The notes below the pieces were generated by a model. That model was given only the letters and a program-made list of their open reading frames with translations, did not search any database and was not told the origin of the DNA. The position numbers and the translations under genes were made by a program. DNA of 64,000 nucleotides, taken from the human T2T-CHM13v2.0 reference genome, Homo sapiens. Location: assembly GCF_009914755.1 (NCBI RefSeq), contig NC_060932.1; one strand, given 5' to 3'. Positions 28,528-44,735 of this stretch are shown piece by piece (the first letter of the stretch is position 1; every line of letters begins with the position of its first letter).

Positions 28528-30064
28528 CCTGTGTACCAAACAAATTCTTGGCTTCAAGAGGGATATTTTATAGTATGAAAATCTTCCAATCAATTTCCTA
28601 CAAATGGAGGCTGAGACAGGCAATGAATCGGAGATAAAACCATATAATAAAGTACGTAAATCCTTCAACGATGAGTAATTAAATGGTTTCTCCATGCATA
28701 ATTTCAGAATTACTTGTATGATACTTTTTAGCTAAACAGTTTAGTTGCAGACACAAAGCATCAATGAAGGGAATGAACATCATGGATGACTCAGAAAAAT
28801 AATCCATTACAATCACCTTTCCATTTTTACTGACAATAGGTTATTCAATCAGCTTTTGTGGTCAATGATACTGATATAGTGACTAACAGTTCTTTACCTT
28901 CTGTGGGACTTCCTGTTTTCAGAATATTTACAAGATTTTCCCAATGCAGACAAGACAAGGAAGATTCTCAATTTAATTTTTTTATAAAGTCTTCAAGCTA
29001 CAGTTAGTTTAAGTAGCTTGTTCTGGATAATAAAGCCTCAAATTATGAAACATCCTTGAGAGAAGCGAAATTGAAAAAAAAATTAACATTGTCTGTTCAA
29101 GAGAATTTGACTGATACTATCAGAAACAGTTAGTTCTCCCAAGCTTGATTCCAGGGGATGTCTTTTCACTTACTGCCTATCAACTAGCCATTCAGCTTTC
29201 AGTAAGTGAGTGTGAATTAGCCATAGATCCTCCACTTGTCTGATTACTTTGAGGTTTCACATCTTATTTTATCATTTGGTCAGGTGGTAGAGACCAGTTC
29301 AACTCTGTCATACATTGGCATTCTTGCAATTTGCTTTCTCAATTTCTTGTGTAACATTAAGGAGAATAGACCAATGCCTATGAATATGTATTTATATGCA
29401 CAGTTAATTTTGATAGCAGTTTGTTCTTGTGGCTCATTCCTGGAATTATTTGTAGTGAGTTAGAGAATATAGTGCCATGCTTTATTAATACATGACAGAG
29501 ACATAATTTTTTTTCAAACTGAAAAGGACCATTTGACTAATAGGTCACAGAATGGCAATTACTGTAGAAGTGCAGGTTACAATGCTGATAGAAAATCATT
29601 AACAATGGCATTTGATTTAAAACTGCTAATTTCTGAAACATTGGCTAATTTCCTTCAGGCAGAAGCCAAAAAAAGCATTGAGGGTCGGGGATCAACTAGG
29701 TCTAATTGCTTTCAAATTTTCCTGTCTGTACCTGAGGGTGAGACTGCCTTCTTTGGGCACATTGGGAAATTTTTTCCAGGCTTCTGAGGGATAAGGTCGA
29801 ATGAGTGCAATTACCAGAAAATAGGTGAGGCTTAATGTGTTTTTTTATATTTGAATGTCCTACTGTAAGGCATAGGCATTAATCATTTTTGAAGGAAACT
29901 GGTCCAAAGCACTTAATGAAAATATTTTGCTTCTGACCAGCTCAGCCTTTGCACCACTGGCCAGATCATGGAATGGCTATCTTAATGTGGAATTTTAGTT
30001 GCAGAGCAGATTCAACTCAATAGAAATTATATCCAGTAATAGATACGTTATTAAACTAAAATTT

Positions 30065-30540
30065 AGGATGATTTCAACTCCAGGTAACAAAAAAAAATAC
30101 CCTCACTCAACTTGCTTTAAAAATAACAAATATATCTACTTCACACAAATCTTGGAACTAGTTACTGCCAGCCCCAGTTACGGCAGAAAATCAAGAACGT
30201 CAGTTTTTCAATGTTGACATCATCATGCTGGCTCCCCTCACAGGCATTATGTTTGCATGACAATGTTCAGAAGCAAGAAATAGATATGCTCTCTCATAAG
30301 TCTTATGATTAGTAAGGGAAGACTTTCCCAGAACCTTCTTAGTAGATTTATGCTCACATCACATTTACCATAATTGGCTCACACACAAAACCAAAAGGTC
30401 CACCAAGATTGGTTTTGAGCAAGCACGAGTCATGGTGTGAGGTCCTCCTCCCTGGAAAGATGGGACCAGAGGAGTAGGATGGTTACCTAGACAAAGAAAG
30501 GAGTGAACAGTGATGTATAGGTAACAAACCATATCTGGTA
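30065..30540 (-). mobile_element. Old MaLR LTR (MLT1J/K/L-like)
   Basis: 'ggtaacaaaaaaaaataccctcactcaacttgcttt' and 'ctttcccagaaccttcttagtagatttatgctcacatcacatttaccataattgg' resemble antisense old MLT1. Confidence 0.5.
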
Positions 30541-31269
30541 AAGATATCAATATACCTGTATAATTTTTTTAAATGTCAGTTACTCAAAAAAATCAATATA
30601 TTTGTGGTTTCTCTTTGTACTTACTGTTGAGTCTTGAAATAATACTCAAAAATTTTAAAGCATCATCTCACATGCATTATCTCCTTTAATTGTCATGTAA
30701 CTGGCTTTAATTGTATAAACCACAAACACGGGTATGCAAAAATCTAACACTGTGTTTTATAACATTATAACCTTGACACACTGTTTTAACTGGTCGCAGA
30801 AAAATTAATCTTATTAAATGCATGTTAAACTCAGTTAATTTAGAGTTTTATTAGTCAAATAGAATGTTCCTCTTCCCCCAGCCCCACTAAGATTGCATAT
30901 AAGCTTTTGTGGGGTAGGAATGGGAAGATTACACACTAGCAAGGCAAGTGGGAAGTAAGAGATGGAGCACAGCGTTTGCTTATTGGCTATGACATGGCCA
31001 TACCCAACAGGATCCTCTGAACTGTCTGTCACCAGTCCTGGGCCTAGGTTTTTTTTTTTTTTAATTATACTTTAAGCTCTGGGATACGTGTACAGAAGGT
31101 GCAGGTTTGTTACATAGGTGGTTTGCTTCACCCATCAACCTGTCACCTAGGTTTTAAGCTCCGTATGCATTAGGTATTCATCCTAATGCTATCTGTCCGC
31201 TTGCCCCCCACCCCTTAACAGGCCCCGGTGTGTGATAGTCCCCTCCCTGTGTCCATGTGTTCTCATTGT

Positions 31270-34413
<3,144 letters not shown>

Positions 34414-34476
34414 CATGATGCTAGCTGGTTATTTTGCACATTGGTTAATGCAGTTTCTTCATAGCATCATTGGTCT

Positions 34477-35507
34477 ATATATTTTGGTATGTTTTTGCAG
34501 TGGCTGGTACTGGTTTTTCCTTTCCATATTTAGTGCTTCCTTCAGGAGCTCTTATAAGGTAGGCATGGTGGTGACAAGATGCCTTGGCATTTGCTTGTTT
34601 GTAAAGGATTTTATTTCTCCTTTGCTTATGAAGCTCAGTTTGGCTGGATATGAAATACTGGGTTGAAAATTCTTTTCCTTTAGAGTGTTGAATATTGGCC
34701 CCCACTCTCTTCTGGCTTATACAGTTTCTTCAGAGAGATCTACTGTTAGTGTGATGGGCTTCCCTTTGTAGGTAACCTGACCTTTCTCTGTGACTGCCCT
34801 TAACTTTTTTTCCTTCATTTTAACCTTGGAGAATTTGATGATTATGTGTCTTGGGGTTGCTCTTCTCAAGGACTGTCTTAGTGGTGTTCTCTGTGTTTCC
34901 TGAATTTGAATATGGCCTGTCTTGTTAAGTTAGGGAAGTTCTCCTGGATAATATCCTGAAGTGTGTTTTCCAGCTTGGTTCCATTCTCCCTGTCACTTTC
35001 AGGTACACCAATCAATCATAGATTTGATCTTTTCACAGAGTCCCATATTTCTTGGAGGCTTTGTTTGTTCCTTTTCATTCTTTTTTCTCTAATCTTGTCT
35101 TCATGCTTTATTTTATTAAGTTGGTCTTCAATCTCTGACATCCTTTCTTCCACTTGATCAATTCGGCTGTTGATACTTGGGTATGCTTCACAAAGTTCTC
35201 GTGGTGTGTTTTTCAGCTCCATTTAGAGAAGAACATTTATGTTCTTCTCTAAACTGGTTATTCTAGTTAGCAGTTCCTACAACCTTTTATCAAGGTTCTT
35301 AGCTTCCTTGCATTGGGTTAGAACATGTTCCTTTAGCTCAGAGGAGTTTGTTATTACCCACCTTCTGAAGCCTGTTTATGTCAGTTCGTCAAACTCATTC
35401 TCTGTTCAGTTTTTTTCCCTTGCTGGAAAGGTGTTGTGATCATTTGGAGGAGAAGAGGCATTCTGGTTTTTGGAATTTTCAGCATTTTTGTGTTGTTTTT
35501 TCCTCAT
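34477..35507 (-). pseudogene. Disrupted L1 ORF1
   Basis: The minus strand reads MRKKQHKNAENSKNQNASSPP from 35507. The coiled-coil piece 'INSRIDQVEERMSEIED...QSLQEIWD' lies at 35016-35222. Confidence 0.9.
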
Positions 35508-38149
35508 TTTCATGAATTTAGCCACCTTTGATCTTTGATGCTGATGAACTTTGGATGGCGTTTTTGGGTGGGCATCCTTTTTGTTGATGTTGATGTTATT
35601 GCTTTCTGTTTGTTAGTTTTCCTTCCAACAGTCAGGCCCCTCTTCTGCAGGTCTGCTGGAATTTGCTGGAGATCCACTCCAGACCTTATTTGCCTGGTTA
35701 TTAACAGTGGAAGCTGCAAAACAGCAAAGATTGCTGCCTGCTCCTTCCTCTGGAAGCTTTGTCCCAGAGGGACACCTGCCTATTGCCAGCCAGAGCTCTC
35801 CTGTATGAGGTGCCTGTTGACCCCTGCTGGGAGGTGTCTCCCAGTCAGGAGGCGCGGGGATCAGGGACCCACTTGAGGAGTCAGTCTATCCTTTAGCAGA
35901 ACTCGAGCACTGTGCTGGGAGATCTGCTGCTCTCTTCAGAGTTGGTAGGCAGGGACATTTAAATCCACTGAAGCTGCACCCTCAGCCGCCCCTTCCCCCA
36001 GGTGCTCTGTCCCAGGAAGATGGGAGTTTTATCTGTAAGCCCCTGACTGGAGCTGCTGCCTTTCTTTCAGAGATGCCCTGCCCAGAGATGAGAAATCTAG
36101 AGAGGCAGTCAGGCCCCAGGCACTTTGCTGTGCTGCAGTGAGCCCAGTCCAAACTTCCCGGCAGCTTCCTTAGTACTGTGAGGGGAAGACCACCTACTCA
36201 TGCCTCAGTAATGGTGAATGCCTCTCCTCCCACCAGGCTTGATCATCCCAGGTCAACTTCAGACTGCTGTGCTGGCAATAAGAATTTTAAGCCAGTGGTT
36301 CTTAGCTTGCTAGGCTCCATGTCAGTGAGACCTGCTGACGGAGGCCACTTGGCTCCCTGGCTTCAGCCCCCTTTCCCAGGGAGTGAATGGTTCTCTCACT
36401 GGGGTTGCAGACACCACTGGGGTACCAAAAAAAAAAAAAAACTCTGCAGCTAGCTCTGTGTCTGTGCAAACAGCTGCCCAGTTTTGTGCTTGAAACCCAG
36501 GGCCCAGGTGATGTAGGCACAGGAGGGAATCTGCTGGTCTGGGGGTTGCAAAAACTGTGAGAAAAGCGTGATATCTGGGCCAGATAGCACAGTCCCTCAT
36601 GGCCTCCCTTGGCTAGGGGAGGGAGGTCTCTGGCCTCTTACACTTCCCAGGTGAGGCGATGCCCCACCCTGCTTCTGCTCACCCTCCATGGGCTGCACCC
36701 ACTTTCTAACCAGTCCCAACGAGAAAAACTGGGAGCCTCAGTTGGAAATGCAGAAATCACCCACCTTCTGCATTGGTCTCACTGAGAGCTGCAGACCAGA
36801 GCTGTTCCTATTCAGCCATCTTCTATTAGAACCAGACCTAGGTTGTTTTTATTCCTTCAGGCTGACTAATGCTGAGCTGTTTTTTGTCTATGCTGCCATC
36901 TATCATTGTATTCCCTCTTCCCAAATGTGAGGTTTCTTCAGGTCTACAAACATTATCAGCTTTTTCCACAATCCTCCAAACAGCATTTGACACAGTGGAT
37001 CTGTCTCACATCCTTCTGGGGAAACTTGGGAGTCCTGTCTCAGAACCCCTGCCTAGGCATACGTGACATTCTATCCAATCCAATTCCTGCTTTCTATGGT
37101 GGCTGAAGGAATCCTAGGCCATCCATCTTCCATTTCTCCAGAAAAAGCGGGGCACACAAATCTACTATCTGATACCCAAACTTATGTTAGGGTTCTAATA
37201 CCCCTTCCCTCCACTGGCTTAGCTAGTGGGAGAAGGATGCTCAGCCCTTTTGAGAAACCCACATTGCTAGTGTTATGGCTTCAATATAATGCTCAGAATC
37301 CTTTACAGATCTGAATTTTGAAGCTCAAAACAGAGGCGTTTTAGACTCATACACCTCTTTTGTCAAGCTATTTTCTCAGTCACAGGTTTCAAAAATCTAT
37401 TTAGAAAGTTAAAAGCCTAGGGAAATTCGTGTAGGAACTCTCACTGTTGCTTGACTGTGAAGAAGGTTGGGAAATCAGGAAATGCTGTAGAAAGAGTGAT
37501 AGGCAAATTATCATCCAATTATCCTGCCACACTCAATAAACTCATGATAGTGTTATTTTTAATAGATAAAGTAGCAGTGGCTAGAGGACAGTAAGGAAAT
37601 GACCTCAATTAATGAGTGACTGGTTAAGGAAAGAGAAGAACTGAGAAGAACTCAGGTTTTGCATCTTGCTCCAGGTTTCTGAAGGTCCAACTGAGAATTA
37701 TGTGTGGGCCAGTCACCCACAGTGGGCAAAGTCCTCAGGCTTTTCCACCCACCCTCCATTTCTAGAGGGTTTAAGGGGCTAGATAGGTTACCTAGGGAGA
37801 GACTCAACTCAGGAATAAAGAGGGAATCAATTTACTCTAAGTGGAAAGCAGGATAAGTGCTTGGCCTAGGGTTCAAGGCAGAAGTTCATTTCCAAGCAGA
37901 AGTCCGGTTCCCATGATATAAAATCATGGTCTTTGCTTTGGATGTCCCATCAGATAAGCATGACAGAGAGAAACATCAGCATGTTTCAGGGCCCCAACAA
38001 CCTACGAGGCAGATGTAATGCAGAGTCTGAGAAGTTGGAGGAATTGGGATTGCCTAATACCCATTGTAGGTTAGGCTTAGTGCTGGAAATGAGATTAAGC
38101 AGAACAAGTTGGTAAAAATGATGTTGCCCCAATTATGCAGAGAAGAATG

Positions 38150-38645
38150 GGTGTTGATCACTTAGGGTCTGGCATGAAACAGATGACACACTCAGTGGGA
38201 TAAGTGAAGAGAGGTTAATGAAGACATGATTTACAAAGGTACAGATAGATTTAAAGGAAATTAACTGAGGATAATGATGCACATCAGAGCTAATAAATAA
38301 ATAAGTAAATAAGCCAGGGAATGTTACTACTCCTAGGCCTGAAGGGGCATGAATAGAGAGCAGCTTTAGGAGAAGATCACTCAGTAAGACCTATGGGCTT
38401 TGGCCATGGAACAGAGCCATTGTTGATCTTTGGTCCAGTAGAGAGGGAGCTCAAGGAATAGATCCTTCGATTTCTCTATCCGCAAACTATGATATCCTGC
38501 TGGTACCTCCTGTTGGCCAAACTTGAAGCCAGAGGGCAAGAAGCTCAGCTAAAGCACTTCCTAGAGTACAGTGTCCAGGGACAGCAGAGAGGGATAATGG
38601 ATGGGTCTGAAGGGGCAAACAGCAAATGGCCAGAGCAGGCACAGG
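38150..38645 (-). mobile_element. ERVL solo LTR (LTR33/LTR41-like)
   Basis: 'agggtctggcatgaaacagatgacacactc', 'actcctaggcctgaagggg', 'cctcctgttggccaaac...gaagccagagggcaag', 'tctgaaggggcaaac'. Confidence 0.6.
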
Positions 38646-38665
38646 TCCTGGGAACCAGGGTGGGG

Positions 38666-38713
38666 TGTGTGTGTGTGTGTGCATGTGTGTGCATGTGCGT
38701 GTGTGTGTGTGTA
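38666..38713. repeat. Interrupted (TG)n microsatellite
   Basis: gtgtgtgtgtgtgtgtgcatgtgtgtgcatgtgcgtgtgtgtgtgtgt. Confidence 0.92.
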
Positions 38714-40779
38714 TTCCTTCTCAAGATTGCTCTCATTTGCATTATTAAATTTTATTTTTATAATCTTTGAGAGCTATTGCAAAGCTTTTGTATCCAAGAT
38801 ACTTTTCTTTCTATATTATCAGAAGTTCTGATCTTCGTAACTAGATTTGTGTAGACCGTAGATAGACCCTTTTACAATAAATCAAGCTTTGATTGCAGAA
38901 AACCAATGACTATGATTTCTCTACTTAGAGTTCCCAAAATTGGTCTTTGTTACATTCTTTGAGTGTGTTGATATTTTCCCTCTATCAATAAGTCAAAGTC
39001 ATAGATAAAATATATTTTAATATGATGAAACCAGAAGAAACTGTGCTTTCCAATATGCAAGATGGAAGACTTAAGCAGTTGTTTTATCCAACTTGAACTC
39101 CACCTTGGAACACATGGACTTGCTTCCTGTACTTTGTCTATCAGGAGGGCAATAAAGATCTGATCTAAGCCAGAGAGTGCAGAACTAAACATTGACCTCC
39201 CTTTGCAAAAGAATATAACCTCAAGGGAAACTGATCATGAGAAGGAAATTAAATCTTCTAGTTAAATTATGGATTTACAGAGAGGAAATTCTATTCTTCC
39301 CTGAATAGGTTCAGGAATCTTGTGTGACTTTGAAGACAAAGACACACCATGTACTGTGTAGGTCAGTTAGTGAACTAAATGACAAAGTAGAAGTTGCCAA
39401 AAGAGGTAGATAACAAAACAAATGAAAAATAATTAAAGTGCCATTAATGGCAGTAGTCTACATTTTATCCCTGCCCAAACCAGGATTAGAACAAGTGTGA
39501 GACACAGCAGTAGGTGGAGGATTGGAGTGAAGGATAGAGGTGCCATTTCAGGAGCTGAGGCCTCATTAAAGTGGGAGATGGCACTGGTGAGCAGAATGAG
39601 ATAGGGACAGGCACCATTTCTGTGTGATAGTGAGCAGTTTATGTCCCTTCCCTGATCCTATTGATAAAAGGGCCTGAAGGGGCAAGAATAGAAAGTAGCT
39701 TTAGGAGGGGATCATGCCATATAAGTTATGGCTGGTGTGATGATAACATCTGCCTCATTCACAACAGTAAAAGAAATGCTAACATTCGAGGGTTCCATCT
39801 GCAAGACAGTATAATTCAGTCTGTTAATTTTTTATGTTTGGAGGAATTTTTTATGTGCATGGAGGAAAGGTAGAAAATGGTTTCTTGTGAATTTTGTAGA
39901 TAAATTTCTAGGAGTGTTGTGAACATTGCTTCATTTACAGGGATTGACTTGGGCCTAATTAAAGACTGGTTAGGTAAAATGGTATTTATTACTACCAGGT
40001 ACACCACAGGAATTAGCACTAAGTACAGTAATGAGTAATTTGAATAATCAGTTTGGCAGATAGTGAGACAGGGCAATACTGTGTCATCACTGAGAGAGAT
40101 GAACTCTCCCTTGTTTAGAGAAAAAAACAGAATAGAGTCCAGTTGGATACTTGTACCATGACTCACTAAGCCTGTAGCATAGACAGAGTGTGAATATTAC
40201 AGATGCATCACACAAAGTGGAAGGCAGGAAGAGAGACATAGAAGACTTTAGCACATTAACTTGGCTTTCTGAATGACTCCATTTTCTGATTCTATGCATG
40301 ATCCTCCATCCTCAATTCTCTTCTTACCTGCAAGTGTTTGTTTAATGTAAACTTTGGCTGGCCCTATTGGTCTATTAATTGAGATTTAGCTAGGGAGAGT
40401 ATGAACAGGAATTACATTGAAGACTGATTTGATTTAGGCTTTCCTCTTTAAATTAACATTTTGGGGTGCCTTTAGCATACTGTGTGCCATCCTGGACATT
40501 GGAGGGTCAGTGCAAGTATCTCTGCCTTTGTCTGGTAAGATCAGTCAACATACTGGAAAAACATCACCTATGGCTCCCACGAGTACTCATGGCTTGGGGT
40601 TCAGGTCTCCGGATGGTAAGTCTGATGGTGAGAGGCAGCTTATCAGCTTCCATGTGCTATTTATGTCCTGGAATTGGGAAATTTTGTGCAGAATTGAAGT
40701 GATTTCTTCTATTCATGAAATCTTTTTATTATGACATAGAAATCTTTACCCGCATTTAAAATTCACCTTTGAGATTTCT

Positions 40780-41085
40780 TTTCTTTTTTCCTTTCTTTTT
40801 TTTTTCTTTTTTCTTTTTTTTTTTTTTTGATACAGAGGTCTCTCTCTGTCACCCAGTGGTGCTATCTCAGCTCACTGCAATCTCTGCCTCCCACATTCAA
40901 GCTATTCTTGTGCCTCAGCCACCCGAGTAGCTGAGATTACACACCTGGCTAATTTTTGTATTTTTAGTAGAGATGGGGTCTCGCCGTATTGGCCAGTCTG
41001 GTCTTGAACTCCTGGATTCAAGTGATCCACCCACCTGGGTCTCCCAAAGTGCTGGGATTATAGGTGTGAGCCACAGTGCCTGGCC
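40780..41085 (-). mobile_element. Alu (Jb/Sz-like) with two small internal deletions
   Basis: Antisense dimer with a long T-tract. TSD acctttgagatttct (40765-40779) / atctttgagatttct (41086-41100). Confidence 0.95.
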
Positions 41086-42566
41086 ATCTTTGAGATTTCT
41101 AAAAGAAAACTGGGCCATATCAGTTTAGTCTTCCAATGCTTAGACTCTGAAGAAAAAAAAAGCAAAGTGAGAGAAACCACAGAAAACATCCTCAGATGGC
41201 TCTTGAACCAGCAGTTCTTGGGTCTTATAGGCCATCAGTTCAAGGACAACATTCTGTCCATTAATATTTTCTTCAGAATTCTAATATTCTTCAAGATGCT
41301 GCCTTTAAAATCATATAATTCTTGAAATTCCCTTCTTCAGTGAAACCCTTCCTTGTCACTCTAGAGAAAAGATACATCTCTTTTTTCCTAAATAATTTAA
41401 AACTCAATTCTTTTGCCAATTGCTGGATACTGACCCTATATTTCCTTGATCTTTTTGAATACCAATGTCTACCTTTCAACTGGAAGCCCCTGGAGGTAAA
41501 GTTGTTGCCATATATCTTGGAATTCCCCATCATTCATAGTATGTTCTTGATAAGTATATGTTTAAAGAATTGATTTGTTAAAACTGCACGTTCGACTTTT
41601 TATTCATTTGGTCGAAAAGTTTTTTAGTGCCCTTGCCATTAACAATATACTTTATGAAATGATTGATAATGTCAAGGTGTATCAGCTGGGGATCAATAAC
41701 TCTGAGCATCCACCTGTGGTCTTAGTGGTAAGATAAATCAGAAATGGTAGCTTAATTTTTAAATAATATGTTAACTTTTTATTAAAGCATAACCATTACG
41801 AATACACTCTGGACTAGTTAGCTTTCTCCCTGACAGGCTTTTCCCTGTGCTTACGTTCAGGCAGTGACCCTCAATAGCAAAGTAATTTGCCACACAAGAG
41901 AGTTTTATTGCTTCTCACCCAGGCATAGTCAAAATTCCTTGCCAAATGTCAAAGCTGTAAATACTAATGGATTGTGTAGATGTGCTTTTGGAATTCAAAA
42001 CCGAAGCATATACTATATTCGTAGGGAAATACATGGAATGCAAAGTTCCAGGTCTTCTGTTTTTCCAAGTACCTAGTAGAAAGGACTGGATAGAGTGGGC
42101 TCATGATGAGTGCTGCTAAAATACGATAGTTCACCTGGATGCATTAGAGAGATTTGGGAATTCTTTCTTCATTCCTGCAGTGTACATTTGACAAGTAAAT
42201 GATTTTATAACCCTCAAATTACTTCTTTCTCTTTTCCTCTGGTCTTCTGGTTCATAAAATTCAAATCAGTGGAATCATGCTTCCCAATTAATTAAACCAT
42301 GTTCCCAAAATACCTGGGTAAAAATACATATGACTTACACAGGATAGGCAATAGAGTTGGAGAAATTAATTGCTAATATTGAACTGTTCTTGAGCAAGAA
42401 CAATCAATGCTGAACAAGACAGAGTAAAAAATTGCCCAGAGTCTGGGTAGTGCTGGGCACTGTGTGGTTAAGCAGGACACCATAGCATTTGATACATCCT
42501 GATGCGTCTCTCTGTGATGCTTGTCTGATGTGATGTCCAAGGCAAAGAACATGCTTTTATATCCTT

Positions 42567-42626
42567 CACACACACACACACATGCACACACACATACACA
42601 CACGCACACACCCACAGACACGCACA
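42567..42626. repeat. Interrupted (CA)n microsatellite
   Basis: cacacacacacacacatgcacacacacatacacacacgcacacacccacagacacgcaca. Confidence 0.9.
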
Positions 42627-44229
42627 ACTGAACTTCTGCCTAGAACCTGAGGTCAAGCCCTTATCTTGTTCCTCACTTGTAGTAAGTTTATTGCTTCTTG
42701 ATTCGTGAGTTGAGTCTCTCTTGGTAAGTTACCTGGCCCCTCATATTTACTAGGACTAGAGAAATCTGCCTCATTTTGCCAATCGTGTCCATCACTTCTA
42801 GCCCCCTTGTTCTCTAACGGTATGTAAGGATCGAAATACTAGATTTGCTTATGTTTTTTTCTTTGCCCACTAATTGATTGTCTGTATAGATTTCTAACTA
42901 CCAGTGGCTACAAGACCACCCTATCTATTAACATGTTCCATTTTCCTTTTAGGAATTCCTTCTGCTTCCATTCTCACCTCGAGAAATTGCATGGAACCTC
43001 CCTGATGATGAGTCTTTGCCTGAGATTAATCACCTTTGGGCTGTGGGCAACTCTCTGGACACCATGTTCTGCCAGCCTGGTTTCAGTCCCCTGTGCCCAC
43101 GTTAATACAGACCACCCATTTTCACTGTGTCTACCCTCTACTGTTTGCAAGTTGCATTCTTCCTCTCAAGGCATTTTACTTAAACTTTTAGACCTTGCCT
43201 CTCCCTCAATTGGAGATGCTTGAGGAACAACGAAGGGCACTTGCCCATTAATTGCTAGGTGTTTCCCCCCTCCCCCTTTGTCCTATGTAAGCTGGTCCAG
43301 AACAGAGGAAATATTTTAGACACTTCAAAAGAGAAGGCCCAGAATGAACAGCTCTGAGTAATGAGCACAGAGAAGACGTGATGCGAGGCAGACATTTTTA
43401 AGTGAAATGTTACATATAAAGTAACACTTCAGCCTCCCACTCCCTCCTCCATCGTCTCAGAAAATATTTCATAAAATGTCCATTTCTCAGTAGTGCACTG
43501 AGGAAGTAGAGCTATCTGCCGTGTGCTTGAAGCTTCCTGCTTTGAGGTGTTGTGGGGTGAAAGCAAATGTTGCCTGTGAGGTCCATGCCATATGGATTAG
43601 CATTTCTTTTCCAAACCAAGGAAGAGAGAAAACAGCTCTTCTTCCAACGTGTCTTTAATTCTCTGTCTACTTCCATGGAGAAAACTGTTTTTAGCCTGAG
43701 AATTGTTGATTAAATTTCTTAGTTCCAGAACTCTATGTTTGTAGCAAAAACAATAAAACAACCTACACAAATATCAAAGCACTGATTAACTAGTTGTTTT
43801 GCTAGCTGCTTTTATTTATTTGTTTAAGGGAACAATTGTTTTGGTAGCAGGAAGACACAACTAAATTGTCTGCATAGCTTGGGTATGCCAGAGGGAGTAG
43901 ACCCAAGCAACAGGGACTGTTTCCTCCTGGTTATGCTCCATCACTGAAAGTACTCTTGTCTCACAACAAAAGATTTTTAAGGCAAGATTGGTAGTAGGAG
44001 ATTTAAGTTATGATGTAATTTGGAAAGAAAGCATTTGGCATTTCAAGGTTTCATGCCTTTCTTGGAGTGCATGCAAGTGTTAAAGAAATGAGAAATCAGA
44101 CTTTATCAGAAATTTGGAAAAATTGGGACAGCACATTTTCTAAAACTAAACTCTGGATTTATTTCTTGGGAATCAGAGCTACAGAAAAATAAAGAAAAAA
44201 ATTCTGGCTTTTAATTTCTCAATTGATAT

Positions 44230-44735
44230 TAAGATAGAATTCAAAAATCTTACAAGGCTTTCTATGCTCTTGCTCCTGATTCCTCTCTGAGTGCCTCTCC
44301 ATCCTTGTTCTCCTGCTAAATCTCTGGCCTCTAGCCACAATGCAGTCCTTAATGTATCACAGACAAGCCAAGCACGCTCCTGCCCCAGGGCCTTTGCATT
44401 TGCTCCTCCCTTTAGGGAAATATGTTCTTATATGATTATCCCCCTCACCTCACTTCCGTTAGGTCTCTCCTCAAATAGTAACTCATTGGAAAACATTCCT
44501 TCTACTCTAGGTAATTCAGCAGGTTCCAGGACTTTTTTATTTTTTAACCCATCTACGTTCTTATAAGTCACCATTATTTGGCCTTGTATTTAGCAACTAT
44601 TTATTTTTATTGTTTGTTTTCTCTATTAAGGGACAATAACTTTATCTTGCTCAGTTTATTTTACTCCCAACTTCTAAGAAAATGCCTTAAACCTGTAGGT
44701 GCTCAATAAATATGTGTGGATTCAAAGAATGAAAT
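44230..44735 (+). mobile_element. LINE-2 (L2a-like) 3' fragment
   Basis: 'tcctgccccagggcctttgcatttgctc', ending 'gtaggtgctcaataaatatgtgtggatt...gaatgaa'. Confidence 0.85.

Noticed and set aside
29645-29830. Possible + strand exon (ttccttcag|gcag; donors at 29738 or 29825)
   Set aside because: The pyrimidine tract is short, the donor is ambiguous and the peptide is unrecognisable, so support is too weak.
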